Source of the DNA: a virus
Taxonomy: Duplodnaviria > Heunggongvirae > Uroviricota > Caudoviricetes
Length of the DNA stretch: 7,232 nucleotides
IMG/VR virus record: IMGVR_UViG_2541047820_000004
Strand: one strand, 5' to 3'
A program made the position numbers and the translations under genes. Every line of letters begins with the position of its first letter. Positions within the stretch are counted from its first letter, which is position 1. Below the pieces are notes generated by a model. That model did not search any database. It was not told where the DNA came from and was given only the letters and a program-made list of their open reading frames with translations. Shown here piece after piece: positions 1-7,232 of this stretch.

Positions 1-423
1 CATCTCACCGGGCGGCGCTTTGAACACGGGGTGACGGACTGTTACACGCTGTTCCGGGATGCTTATCATCTGGCGGGGATTGAGATGCCGGATTTTCATC
101 GCGAGGATGACTGGTGGCGTCACGGTCAGAATCTCTATCTGGATAATCTGGAGGCCACAGGGCTGTATCAGGTGCCGTTGTCATCAGCACAACCGGGCGA
201 TGTGCTGCTGTGCTGTTTTGGTTCATCGGTGCCGAATCATGCCGCCATTTACTGTGGTGATGGCGAGCTGCTGCACCATATTCCTGAACAACTGAGCAAA
301 CGAGAGAGGTATACCGACAAATGGCAGCGACGCACACACTCCCTCTGGCGTCACCGGGCATGGCACGCATCTGCCTTTACGGGGATTTGCAACGATTTGG
401 CCGCCGCATCGATCTTCGTGTGA
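1..423 (+). CDS. K: Tail assembly protein K, 5'-truncated by the window edge (C-terminal NlpC/P60-type peptidase domain)
   Basis: Frame 1 is open from position 1 to TGA at 421-423. The translation (…HGVTDCYTLFRDAYHLAGIEMPDFHREDDWWRHGQNLYLDNLEATGLYQVPLSSAQPGDVLLCCFGSSVPNHAAIYCGDGELLHHIPEQL…) matches my recollection of the lambda gpK C-terminus, with a Cys (DCY) and downstream His residues consistent with an NlpC/P60 Cys-His-His arrangement. The listed ORF start at 31 (GTG) is internal; the true start is upstream of the window. Synteny K-I-J supports the call. Confidence 0.9.
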   Translation, partial: HLTGRRFEHGVTDCYTLFRDAYHLAGIEMPDFHREDDWWRHGQNLYLDNLEATGLYQVPLSSAQPGDVLLCCFGSSVPNHAAIYCGDGELLHHIPEQLSKRERYTDKWQRRTHSLWRHRAWHASAFTGICNDLAAASIFV

Positions 424-992
424 AAACGGGGGCTGAAGCTATCCGGGCGCTGGCCACACAGCTCCCGGCGTTTCGTCAGAAACTGAGCGACGGCTGGTAT
501 CAGGTACGGATTGCCGGGCGGGATGTCAGCACGTCCGGATTAACGGCGCAGTTACATGAGACTCTGCCTGATGGCGCTGTGATTCATATTGTTCCCAGAG
601 TCGCCGGGGCCAAGTCAGGTGGTGTATTCCAGATTGTCCTGGGAGCTGCCGCCATTGCCGGATCATTCTTTACTGCCGGAGCCACCCTTGCAGCATGGGG
701 GGCAGCCATTGGGGCCGGTGGTATGACCGGCATCCTGTTTTCTCTCGGTGCCAGTATGGTGCTCGGTGGTGTGGCGCAGATGCTGGCACCGAAAGCCAGA
801 ACTCCCCGCACACAGACAACGGATAACGGCAAACAGAACACCTATTTTTCCTCACTGGATAACATGGTTGCTCAGGGCAATGTTTTGCCTGTTCTGTACG
901 GTGAAATGCGTGTGGGGTCGCGGGTGGTTTCTCAGGAGATCAGCACGGCAGACGAAGGGGACGGTGGTCAGGTTGTGGTGATTGGTCGCTGA
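321..992 (+). CDS. I: Tail assembly protein I
   Basis: ATG at 321 to TGA at 990-992, 223 aa. The translation (MAATHTLPLASPGMARICLYGDLQRFGRRIDLRVKTGAEAIRALATQLPAF… glycine/alanine-rich hydrophobic centre …QVVVIGR) is essentially that of lambda gpI as I recall it. It overlaps the 3' end of K by 103 nt in a different frame, as in lambda. Confidence 0.92.
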   Translation: MAATHTLPLASPGMARICLYGDLQRFGRRIDLRVKTGAEAIRALATQLPAFRQKLSDGWYQVRIAGRDVSTSGLTAQLHETLPDGAVIHIVPRVAGAKSGGVFQIVLGAAAIAGSFFTAGATLAAWGAAIGAGGMTGILFSLGASMVLGGVAQMLAPKARTPRTQTTDNGKQNTYFSSLDNMVAQGNVLPVLYGEMRVGSRVVSQEISTADEGDGGQVVVIGR

Positions 993-1010
993 TGCAAAAT
1001 GTTTTATGTG

Positions 1011-1035
1011 AAACCGCCTCCGGGCGGTTTTGTCG
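1011..1035 (+). promoter_or_regulatory. Intergenic stem-loop between I and J (8-bp stem aaaccgcc/ggcggttt, loop tccg) followed by a T-rich tract; possible attenuator or RNA-stabilising hairpin
   Basis: Read directly: 1011-1018 aaaccgcc pairs with 1023-1030 ggcggttt, then ttgtcgttt. It lies 18 nt after the I stop and is followed by a GGAG Shine-Dalgarno at 1041-1044 and the J ATG at 1053. Function is inferred; late-operon read-through must pass it. Confidence 0.4.
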
Positions 1036-1052
1036 TTTATGGAGCATGACGA

Positions 1053-4000
1053 ATGGGTAAAGGCAGCAGTAAGGGGCATACCCCGCGCGAAGCGAAGGAT
1101 AACCTGAAATCCACGCAGTTACTGAGTGTGATCGATGCCATCAGCGAAGGGCCGATTGAAGGTCCGGTGGATGGATTAAAAAGCGTGCTGCTGAACAGTA
1201 CACCGGTGCTGGACAGTGAGGGGAATACCAACATCTCCGGTGTCACGGTGGTGTTCCGGGCAGGTGAGCAGGAGCAGACACCGCCGGAGGGATTTGAATC
1301 CTCCGGTTCCGAGACGGTGCTGGGTACGGAAGTGAAATACGACACGCCGATCACCCGGACCATCACGTCTGCAAACATCGACCGTCTGCGCTTTACCTTC
1401 GGTGTGCAGGCACTGGTGGAAACCACCTCAAAGGGTGACCGGAATCCGTCGGAAGTCCGCCTGCTGGTTCAGATACAACGTAACGGTGGCTGGGTGACAG
1501 AAAAAGACATCACCATTAAGGGCAAAACCACGTCGCAGTATCTGGCCTCGGTGGTGGTGGATAACCTGCCGCCGCGACCGTTCAATATCCGGATGCGCAG
1601 GATGACACCGGACAGCACCACAGACCAGCTGCAGAACAAAACGCTCTGGTCGTCATACACCGAAATCATCGATGTGAAACAGTGCTACCCGAACACGGCA
1701 CTGGTCGGCGTGCAGGTGGATTCGGAGCAGTTCGGCAGCCAGCAGGTGAGCCGTAATTATCATCTTCGCGGGCGCATTCTGCAGGTGCCGTCGAACTATA
1801 ACCCGCAGACGCGGCAATACAGCGGTATCTGGGACGGGACGTTTAAACCGGCATACAGCAACAACATGGCCTGGTGTCTGTGGGATATGCTGACCCATCC
1901 GCGCTACGGCATGGGGAAGCGTCTCGGTGCGGCGGATGTGGACAAATGGGCGCTGTATGTCATCGGCCAGAATTGCGACCAGTCAGTGCCGGACGGCTTT
2001 GGCGGCACGGAGCCGCGCATCACCTGTAATGCGTACCTGACCACACAGCGCAAGGCATGGGATGTGCTCAGTGATTTTTGCTCGGCGATGCGCTGTATGC
2101 CGGTATGGAACGGGCAGACGCTGACATTCGTGCAGGACCGACCGTCGGATAAGGTGTGGACCTATAACCGCAGTAATGTGGTGATGCCGGATGATGGCGC
2201 GCCGTTCCGCTACAGTTTCAGCGCCCTGAAGGACCGCCATAATGCCGTTGAGGTGAACTGGATTGACCCGGATAACGGCTGGGAAACGGCAACAGAGCTT
2301 GTGGAGGACACGCAGGCCATTGCCCGTTACGGTCGTAACGTCACGAAGATGGATGCCTTTGGCTGTACCAGCCGGGGGCAGGCACACCGCGCCGGGCTGT
2401 GGCTGATTAAAACGGAGCTGCTGGAAACGCAGACCGTGGACTTCAGCGTGGGCGCAGAAGGGCTTCGCCATGTACCGGGCGATGTCATTGAAATCTGCGA
2501 TGATGACTATGCGGGTATCAGCATCGGCGGGCGCGTGCTGGCGGTGAACAGCCAGGCGCGGACACTGACGCTCGACCGTGAAATCATGCTGTCATCCTCC
2601 GGCACCACGCTGATAAGCCTGGTTGACGGAAATGGCAATCCGGTCAGCGTGGAGGTCCAGTCCGTCACCGACGGCGTGAAGGTGAAAGTGAGCCGTGTTC
2701 CTGACGGCGTTGCCGGATACAGCGTGTGGGGGCTGAAGCTGCCGACGCTGCGCCAGCGCCTGTTCCGCTGTGTGAGTATCCGTGAGAACGATGACGGTAC
2801 GTATGCCATCACTGCCGTGCAGCATGTGCCGGAAAAAGAGGCCATCGTGGATAACGGGGCGTACTTTGACGGCGACCAGAGCGGAACGGTGAACGGTGTC
2901 ACGCCGCCCGCGGTGCAGCACCTGACTGCAGAAGTCACTGCAGACAGCGGGGAATATCAGGTGCTGGCGCGCTGGGATACGCCGAAGGTGGTGAAGGGTG
3001 TGAGCTTTATGCTTCGCCTGACTGTGGCAGCGGATGACGGCAGTGAGCGGCTGGTCAGCACGGCCAGGACGACGGAAACCACATACCGCTTCAGGCAACT
3101 GGCGCTGGGGAACTACAGGCTGACAGTCCGGGCGGTAAATGCGTGGGGGCAGCAGGGCGATCCGGCGTCGGTATCGTTCCGGATTGCCGCACCGGCAGCG
3201 CCGTCGCGGATTGAGCTGACGCCGGGCTATTTTCAGATAACCGCCACGCCGCATCTTGCGGTTTATGATCCGACGGTACAGTTTGAGTTCTGGTTCTCGG
3301 AAAAGCGGATTGCGGATATCAGGCAGGTTGAAACCACAGCCCGCTATCTTGGCACGGCGCTGTACTGGATAGCTGCCAGTATCAATATCAAGCCGGGCCA
3401 TGATTATTATTTTTACATCCGCAGTGTGAACACCGTTGGCAAATCGGCATTTGTGGAGGCTGTTGGCCAGCCGAGTGATGATGCATCCGGCTATCTGGAT
3501 TTTTTCAAAGGAGAGATAGGGAAAACCCATCTGGCTCAGGAGTTGTGGACGCAGATTGATAACGGTCAGCTTGCGCCTGACTTGGCGGAAATCAAAACGT
3601 CCATCACGGATGTCAGTAATGAAATCACGCAGACCGTCAATAAGAAACTGGAAGACCAGAGTGCAGCGATCCAGCAGATACAGAAGGTTCAGGTTGATAC
3701 AAATAATAACCTGAACAGCATGTGGGCTGTGAAGCTGCAGCAGATGCAGGACGGACGCCTTTATATCGCGGGTATTGGTGCCGGTATTGAGAATACCCCT
3801 GACGGTATGCAGAGTCAGGTGCTGCTGGCGGCGGACAGGATTGCGATGATTAATCCTGCGAATGGCAATACAAAGCCGATGTTTGTTGGTCAGGGCGATC
3901 AGATATTTATGAATGAAGTGTTCCTGAAATATCTGACGGCTCCCACCATTACCAGCGGCGGTAATCCTCCGGCATTTTCCCTGACACCGGACGGGCGGCT

Positions 4001-4535
4001 GACGGCGAAAAATGCGGATATCAGCGGTAACGTGAACGCGAACTCCGGGACGCTCAACAATGTCACGATTAATCAGAACTGCCGGATTCTGGGAAAACTG
4101 TCAGCCAACCAGATTGAAGGCGATATTGTTAAAACGGTGGGAAAAGCCTTTCCGAGAAATAGCAGTTATGCCAGCGGTACAATAACGGTCACGGTGTACG
4201 ATGACCAGGCTTTTGACCGTCAGATAGTAATCCCCCCCGTTCTGTTTCGCGGTGGTAAGCATGAAAACTTCAACAGCAACAACCAACAGTCATACTGGTA
4301 TTCAACCTGTAAGCTGCAGGTGCTGAAGAACGGACAGGAAATCTTTCAGCAACCCGCGACGGATGTCAGCAGGGTATTTTCATCAGTCATTGATATGCCT
4401 GCCGGACACGGCCATGTCACCCTGACTTTCAATGTTTCTTCATATGGTGCAAATAACTGGACGCCAACGACCAGTATCAGCGACCTTCTTGTTGTCGTGA
4501 TGAAGAAATCAACAGCCGGTATCAGTATCAGTTGA
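1053..4535 (+). CDS. J: Host specificity protein J (central tail fibre / tip attachment protein), 1160 aa, with a divergent C-terminal receptor-binding region
   Basis: ATG at 1053 preceded by GGAG at 1041-1044; TGA at 4533-4535. The N-terminus ([54 protein letters not shown]…) and about the first 820 aa match lambda gpJ by recall. From about nt 3515 (aa ~821) the sequence diverges, with conserved islands (MWAVK…, [34 protein letters not shown]) and a different extreme C-terminus. Position after K and I is the expected synteny. Confidence 0.95.
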   Translation: MGKGSSKGHTPREAKDNLKSTQLLSVIDAISEGPIEGPVDGLKSVLLNSTPVLDSEGNTNISGVTVVFRAGEQEQTPPEGFESSGSETVLGTEVKYDTPITRTITSANIDRLRFTFGVQALVETTSKGDRNPSEVRLLVQIQRNGGWVTEKDITIKGKTTSQYLASVVVDNLPPRPFNIRMRRMTPDSTTDQLQNKTLWSSYTEIIDVKQCYPNTALVGVQVDSEQFGSQQVSRNYHLRGRILQVPSNYNPQTRQYSGIWDGTFKPAYSNNMAWCLWDMLTHPRYGMGKRLGAADVDKWALYVIGQNCDQSVPDGFGGTEPRITCNAYLTTQRKAWDVLSDFCSAMRCMPVWNGQTLTFVQDRPSDKVWTYNRSNVVMPDDGAPFRYSFSALKDRHNAVEVNWIDPDNGWETATELVEDTQAIARYGRNVTKMDAFGCTSRGQAHRAGLWLIKTELLETQTVDFSVGAEGLRHVPGDVIEICDDDYAGISIGGRVLAVNSQARTLTLDREIMLSSSGTTLISLVDGNGNPVSVEVQSVTDGVKVKVSRVPDGVAGYSVWGLKLPTLRQRLFRCVSIRENDDGTYAITAVQHVPEKEAIVDNGAYFDGDQSGTVNGVTPPAVQHLTAEVTADSGEYQVLARWDTPKVVKGVSFMLRLTVAADDGSERLVSTARTTETTYRFRQLALGNYRLTVRAVNAWGQQGDPASVSFRIAAPAAPSRIELTPGYFQITATPHLAVYDPTVQFEFWFSEKRIADIRQVETTARYLGTALYWIAASINIKPGHDYYFYIRSVNTVGKSAFVEAVGQPSDDASGYLDFFKGEIGKTHLAQELWTQIDNGQLAPDLAEIKTSITDVSNEITQTVNKKLEDQSAAIQQIQKVQVDTNNNLNSMWAVKLQQMQDGRLYIAGIGAGIENTPDGMQSQVLLAADRIAMINPANGNTKPMFVGQGDQIFMNEVFLKYLTAPTITSGGNPPAFSLTPDGRLTAKNADISGNVNANSGTLNNVTINQNCRILGKLSANQIEGDIVKTVGKAFPRNSSYASGTITVTVYDDQAFDRQIVIPPVLFRGGKHENFNSNNQQSYWYSTCKLQVLKNGQEIFQQPATDVSRVFSSVIDMPAGHGHVTLTFNVSSYGANNWTPTTSISDLLVVVMKKSTAGISIS

Positions 4536-4554
4536 ATTTTAAAACCCAAATTCG

Positions 4555-4582
4555 GGCACCAGAAATGGTGCCTTTTTTATTT
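4555..4582 (+). terminator. Rho-independent terminator candidate downstream of J
   Basis: Read directly: stem ggcacc (4555-4560), loop agaaat, stem ggtgcc (4567-4572), immediately followed by ttttttattt (4573-4582). It starts 20 nt after the J stop. Confidence 0.6.
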
Positions 4583-4593
4583 GTGGAGTGAAT

Positions 4594-6651
4594 ATGGCAG
4601 TACAGATTTCAGGTGTGCTGAAAGACGGTGCAGGAAAACCGATACAGAACTGCACCATTCAGCTCAAAGCAAAACGTAACAGCACCACGGTTGTGGTAAA
4701 CACGGTGGCCTCAGAAAATCCGGATGAAGCCGGGCGTTACAGTATGGATGTTGAGTATGGCCAGTACAGCGTTATCCTGCTGGTTGAAGGTTTTCCGCCT
4801 TCACATGCCGGGACCATCACCGTGTATGAAGATTCTAAGCCGGGGACGCTGAATGATTTTCTCGGTGCCATGACGGAAGATGATGTCATGCCGGAGGCAT
4901 TGCGTCGTTTTGAGGTAATGGTGGAGGATGTGGCACGCAACGCTGAAGCCGCCTCTCAGAGCGCAGCGGCAGCAAAGAAATCAGAAACAGCAGCGGCATC
5001 GTCCAGGAACGCGGCGAAAACATCAGAGACGAATGCAGGTAACAGCGCGAAAGCGGCAGCTTCTTCAAAAACAGCCGCACAAAACGCAGCAACAGCGGCA
5101 GAACGTTCAGAGACAAATGCCCGTGCGTCAGAAGAAGCCTCCGCAGACAGTGAAGAGGCTTCCCGCCGTAATGCAGAGTCAGCCGCTGAAAATGCCGGAG
5201 TCGCCACCACAAAAGCGCGGGAGGCTGCAGCAGACGCAACAAAGGCCGGGCAGAAAAAGGATGAGGCTCTGTCGGCAGCGACACGAGCTGAAAAGGCGGC
5301 AGACCGCGCAGAAGCCGCAGCGGAAGTGACTGCAGAGCCCTATGCGAATATAGTGCCGCCGCTGCCTGATGTGTGGATACCGTTTAACGATTCACTGGAT
5401 ATGATTACGGGGTTTTCGCCATCATATAAAAAGATTGTTATTGGTGACGATGAAATAACAGTGCCAGGCGACAAGATTGTTAAGTTTAAACGAGCTTCAA
5501 CAGCAACGTATATCAATAAGTCAGGCTCGTTTGTTGTGGCAGATGTTGATGAAGCCAGATTTGAAAAGTCTGGTTTACTGATAGAAGGGCAACGTACTAA
5601 TAATTTCATTAACAGTAATGCACCAGAAGCATGGAACTTTAATAATAAACGTCTTGATGTAAACAGTAATCTCGATCCATTTGGATTCAGCTATGGTGTT
5701 CTGACGTATAAAGATTCACCTGATACCGGGCCTGTGACGCTCATTTCAACAGGAACAGGTCGGGTTATCTCTGTGGAAAATGGTGACTCTGTTACAATTT
5801 CTGCCCGATTCAAGGGAAACGGAATCAGGGCGAGAATGCGCATATCGAAGCTGAATGATGATGGCGCAGGGAATACTTTTATAGCAGATGCGCTTCTGGA
5901 TTTGAGCAATCTGACATTAAAAAGTGATGTGCTTTCGTCATCTTTCGTAGTGGAAAACAGCGGATGGATATTCTTTCAGTCAACCTATAAATCTGATTCA
6001 TCACAAAATATATATGCCCGAATAGAAATGTATCAACAGGAAGGCAATGAAATTAAGGTCGGTGACAGTATATCAATGGCAACGCCTCAGGTTGAGAAAG
6101 GAACTGCTGCATCATCATTCATCATAACAGGGGGAACACCGGCAACGCGAGCCAGTGATATTGTGACAATCCCATTAAATAAAAACTGGGTGCGAAGGCC
6201 ACTGACAGTACTGACAGAGTGCAGTGTCTCATGGGACGTTATGCCAAATACCACGGGCGCAGCAAGGATATTAAATATTTCCACTACGGGAGACTCAACA
6301 GATATAGCTGACCAGAGTTATATGTATCTTGGTTTTATCTCAAAGGGCTCAAAAGCAATCATCACGAATGGAAAGGGAACTATGGCAGAGATAAAAAGTG
6401 ACATTGCTGTTTCAGGGCGAAAAAACATTATTGGCGGAAGGTTTAAAGAAGACGGGAGTCTGTCTGTAGTGGTAAATGGAAATATCGGTGGTGCATCGGT
6501 TTCGCCTTATAATGATACAAGATATCTTAATGGTTTCATGAATATAGGGGGGCAATCCTCCACCGGAGACAGGCATTTATTTGGACATGTCAGAAATCTG
6601 CGAATCTGGCACAGGGAATTGAATGACAGGCAATTAAAAGAGGCCGTATGA
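4594..6651 (+). CDS. stf: Side tail fibre protein (Stf-like): lambda-Stf-type N-terminal domain, Ala/Ser-rich fibrous shaft, and a distinct AT-rich C-terminal distal domain
   Basis: ATG at 4594 preceded by GGAG at 4585-4588; the listed ORF begins at an in-frame GTG at 4588, two codons upstream. Stop is TGA at 6649-6651. The N-terminus (MAVQISGVLKDGAGKPIQNCTIQLKAKRNSTTVVVNTVASENPDEAGRYSMDVEYGQYSVIL…HAGTITVYEDS.PGTLNDFL) matches my recollection of the lambda Stf N-terminal domain. It is followed by SETNA-type Ala/Ser-rich repeats as in lambda Stf, and from about nt 5340 by a different, lower-GC C-terminal region ending …GHVRNLRIWHRELNDRQLKEAV. Confidence 0.85.
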   Translation: MAVQISGVLKDGAGKPIQNCTIQLKAKRNSTTVVVNTVASENPDEAGRYSMDVEYGQYSVILLVEGFPPSHAGTITVYEDSKPGTLNDFLGAMTEDDVMPEALRRFEVMVEDVARNAEAASQSAAAAKKSETAAASSRNAAKTSETNAGNSAKAAASSKTAAQNAATAAERSETNARASEEASADSEEASRRNAESAAENAGVATTKAREAAADATKAGQKKDEALSAATRAEKAADRAEAAAEVTAEPYANIVPPLPDVWIPFNDSLDMITGFSPSYKKIVIGDDEITVPGDKIVKFKRASTATYINKSGSFVVADVDEARFEKSGLLIEGQRTNNFINSNAPEAWNFNNKRLDVNSNLDPFGFSYGVLTYKDSPDTGPVTLISTGTGRVISVENGDSVTISARFKGNGIRARMRISKLNDDGAGNTFIADALLDLSNLTLKSDVLSSSFVVENSGWIFFQSTYKSDSSQNIYARIEMYQQEGNEIKVGDSISMATPQVEKGTAASSFIITGGTPATRASDIVTIPLNKNWVRRPLTVLTECSVSWDVMPNTTGAARILNISTTGDSTDIADQSYMYLGFISKGSKAIITNGKGTMAEIKSDIAVSGRKNIIGGRFKEDGSLSVVVNGNIGGASVSPYNDTRYLNGFMNIGGQSSTGDRHLFGHVRNLRIWHRELNDRQLKEAV
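4981..5130 (+). repeat. In-frame periodic coding repeats (14-residue periodicity) in the Ala/Ser-rich shaft of the stf-like gene
   Basis: The motif tcagaRac… recurs at 4981 (tcagaaacagcagcggca), 5023 (tcagagacgaatgcaggt) and 5107 (tcagagacaaatgcccgt), at spacings of 42 and 84 nt. These encode SETAAAS / SETNAGN / SETNARA within an alanine-rich low-complexity segment spanning about 4930-5340. Confidence 0.6.
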
Positions 6652-6926
6652 AAGATTTAACTTTGAAGTTTCATGACAAACTGCAGTTTAAGGCCTTCCT
6701 GTCATCTCTTGGCTGGGCGGAAGATGAAGACCTCCAGAATAAACTGTTAGTTGATGAAATTGGTTTCACCTACACAGAAACAGGGGTAACTGAAGAGGGA
6801 GAACCTGTCTGTATCCGGAATGACGGTTATTTTGTCAACATTCGTATTCTTGATGACTTGTTTGATGTTTCTGTATTCTCTGATTATGTCGTGGAGCTGG
6901 AAACACCGCTTCGGGAATGGAGCTGA
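6648..6926 (+). CDS. Hypothetical small acidic protein (92 aa), translationally coupled to stf; possible fibre-associated chaperone or accessory protein, function unknown
   Basis: ATG at 6648-6650 overlaps the stf stop TGA at 6649-6651 (ATGA overlap). AAGAGG sits at 6638-6643, 4 nt upstream of the ATG. The ORF runs to TGA at 6924-6926. The product is rich in Asp/Glu with no obvious hydrophobic segment. I recognise no family; coding status rests on coupling, the Shine-Dalgarno and ORF length. Confidence 0.55.
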   Translation: MKDLTLKFHDKLQFKAFLSSLGWAEDEDLQNKLLVDEIGFTYTETGVTEEGEPVCIRNDGYFVNIRILDDLFDVSVFSDYVVELETPLREWS

Positions 6927-6938
6927 AAGGAGGAAATA

Positions 6939-7232
6939 ATGGATATAAGCCCCTTACTTCATGCACTTTGTGCTGTGGCTGCGCAGATACTGGTTGGTCT
7001 TTTTACCGGAAACTGGGCTTACGGAGCGATAGCCGGTTGTACGTTCTTCATTGCGCGTGAACATACCCAGGCAGAATATCGCTGGATTGAAATGTTCGGG
7101 CATGGCAAGCGAATGAATATGCCGTGGTGGGACGGTTTTGATCCGCGTGCTTGGGATGTGGCAAGCCTGATGGATTTTGCTGTGCCGGTGGTGGCGTGTC
7201 TGCTGGTCTGGCTGTTGGTTAATCGTGGGTGA
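6939..7232 (+). CDS. Hypothetical small membrane protein (97 aa, about 3 predicted hydrophobic helices)
   Basis: Strong Shine-Dalgarno AAGGAGG at 6927-6933, 5 nt upstream of ATG 6939; stop TGA at 7230-7232 at the window edge. Hydrophobic stretches LLHALCAVAAQILVGLF, AYGAIAGCTFFIA and FAVPVVACLLVWLLV suggest an inner-membrane protein. No family recognised. Confidence 0.6.
   Translation: MDISPLLHALCAVAAQILVGLFTGNWAYGAIAGCTFFIAREHTQAEYRWIEMFGHGKRMNMPWWDGFDPRAWDVASLMDFAVPVVACLLVWLLVNRG

Noticed and set aside
5-370. 121-aa ORF on the minus strand
   Set aside because: It lies entirely antisense to the well-supported K and I coding regions, has no ribosome-binding site I can see, and its product is low-complexity Arg/Pro/Ser-rich. 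This is a typical spurious ORF in GC-rich coding DNA.
2592-3530. 312-aa ORF on the minus strand (and other minus-strand ORFs at 1037-1426, 1983-2471, 2507-2938)
   Set aside because: All are antisense within the J gene, whose + strand translation is strongly supported. Their products are Arg/Pro/His-rich, as expected from reverse-frame reading of GC-rich coding sequence.
4588-4593. GTG at 4588 as the stf start (as given by the ORF track)
   Set aside because: The ATG at 4594 gives the MAVQISG… N-terminus matching lambda Stf and has better spacing (5 nt) from the GGAG at 4585-4588. The GTG would overlap the Shine-Dalgarno itself.
4536-4593. Sigma-70 promoter for stf in the J-stf intergenic region
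   Set aside because: No convincing -35/-10 pair with proper spacing could be identified by eye. The late genes are expected to be transcribed by antiterminated read-through from far upstream.
4886-5329. Overlapping ORFs in both orientations (4928-5329 +, 4956-5210 -, 4886-5284 -)
   Set aside because: They fall in the Ala/Ser-rich low-complexity shaft of the stf-like gene, where the absence of stop codons in alternative frames is a compositional artefact. Their translations are poly-Gln/Arg or poly-Ala runs.
5340-7232. Invertible tail-fibre switching segment (Mu G / P1 C / e14 Pin-type) or a diversity-generating retroelement targeting the fibre tip
   Set aside because: There is no invertase or reverse transcriptase gene, no inverted alternative fibre C-terminus on the minus strand, and no template-repeat-like duplicate of the 3' end of stf within the window. 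The downstream ORFs are on the same strand. This cannot be excluded for sequence beyond the window.
1-7232. CRISPR arrays, tRNA or rRNA genes, integrase or transposase, attachment sites
   Set aside because: No regularly spaced direct repeats, no cloverleaf-like tRNA candidates, and no recombinase-like ORFs were seen. The window is almost entirely occupied by the four tail genes.

Overview
This window is the distal tail/host-range module of a lambda-like (lambdoid) siphovirus or prophage, with every gene on the + strand. In order: the 3' end of tail assembly gene K (NlpC/P60 C-terminal domain), gene I overlapping K by 103 nt, the host-specificity/central tail fibre gene J (1160 aa), a side-tail-fibre (stf-like) gene of 686 aa, then two small genes of unknown function (a 92-aa acidic protein translationally coupled to stf, and a 97-aa predicted membrane protein). 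K, I and the first ~820 aa of J look near-identical to phage lambda by recall; this was not confirmed by alignment. The 3' third of J and the C-terminal ~440 aa of the stf-like protein are divergent and lower in GC, which points to exchanged receptor-binding modules. No lom-like gene lies between J and stf; a hairpin plus T-tract terminator sits there instead. The most likely candidates for something undescribed are the chimeric fibre's C-terminal domain and the two small downstream genes, but their functions cannot be established from sequence alone. No rRNA, tRNA, CRISPR array, integrase or transposase was detected.
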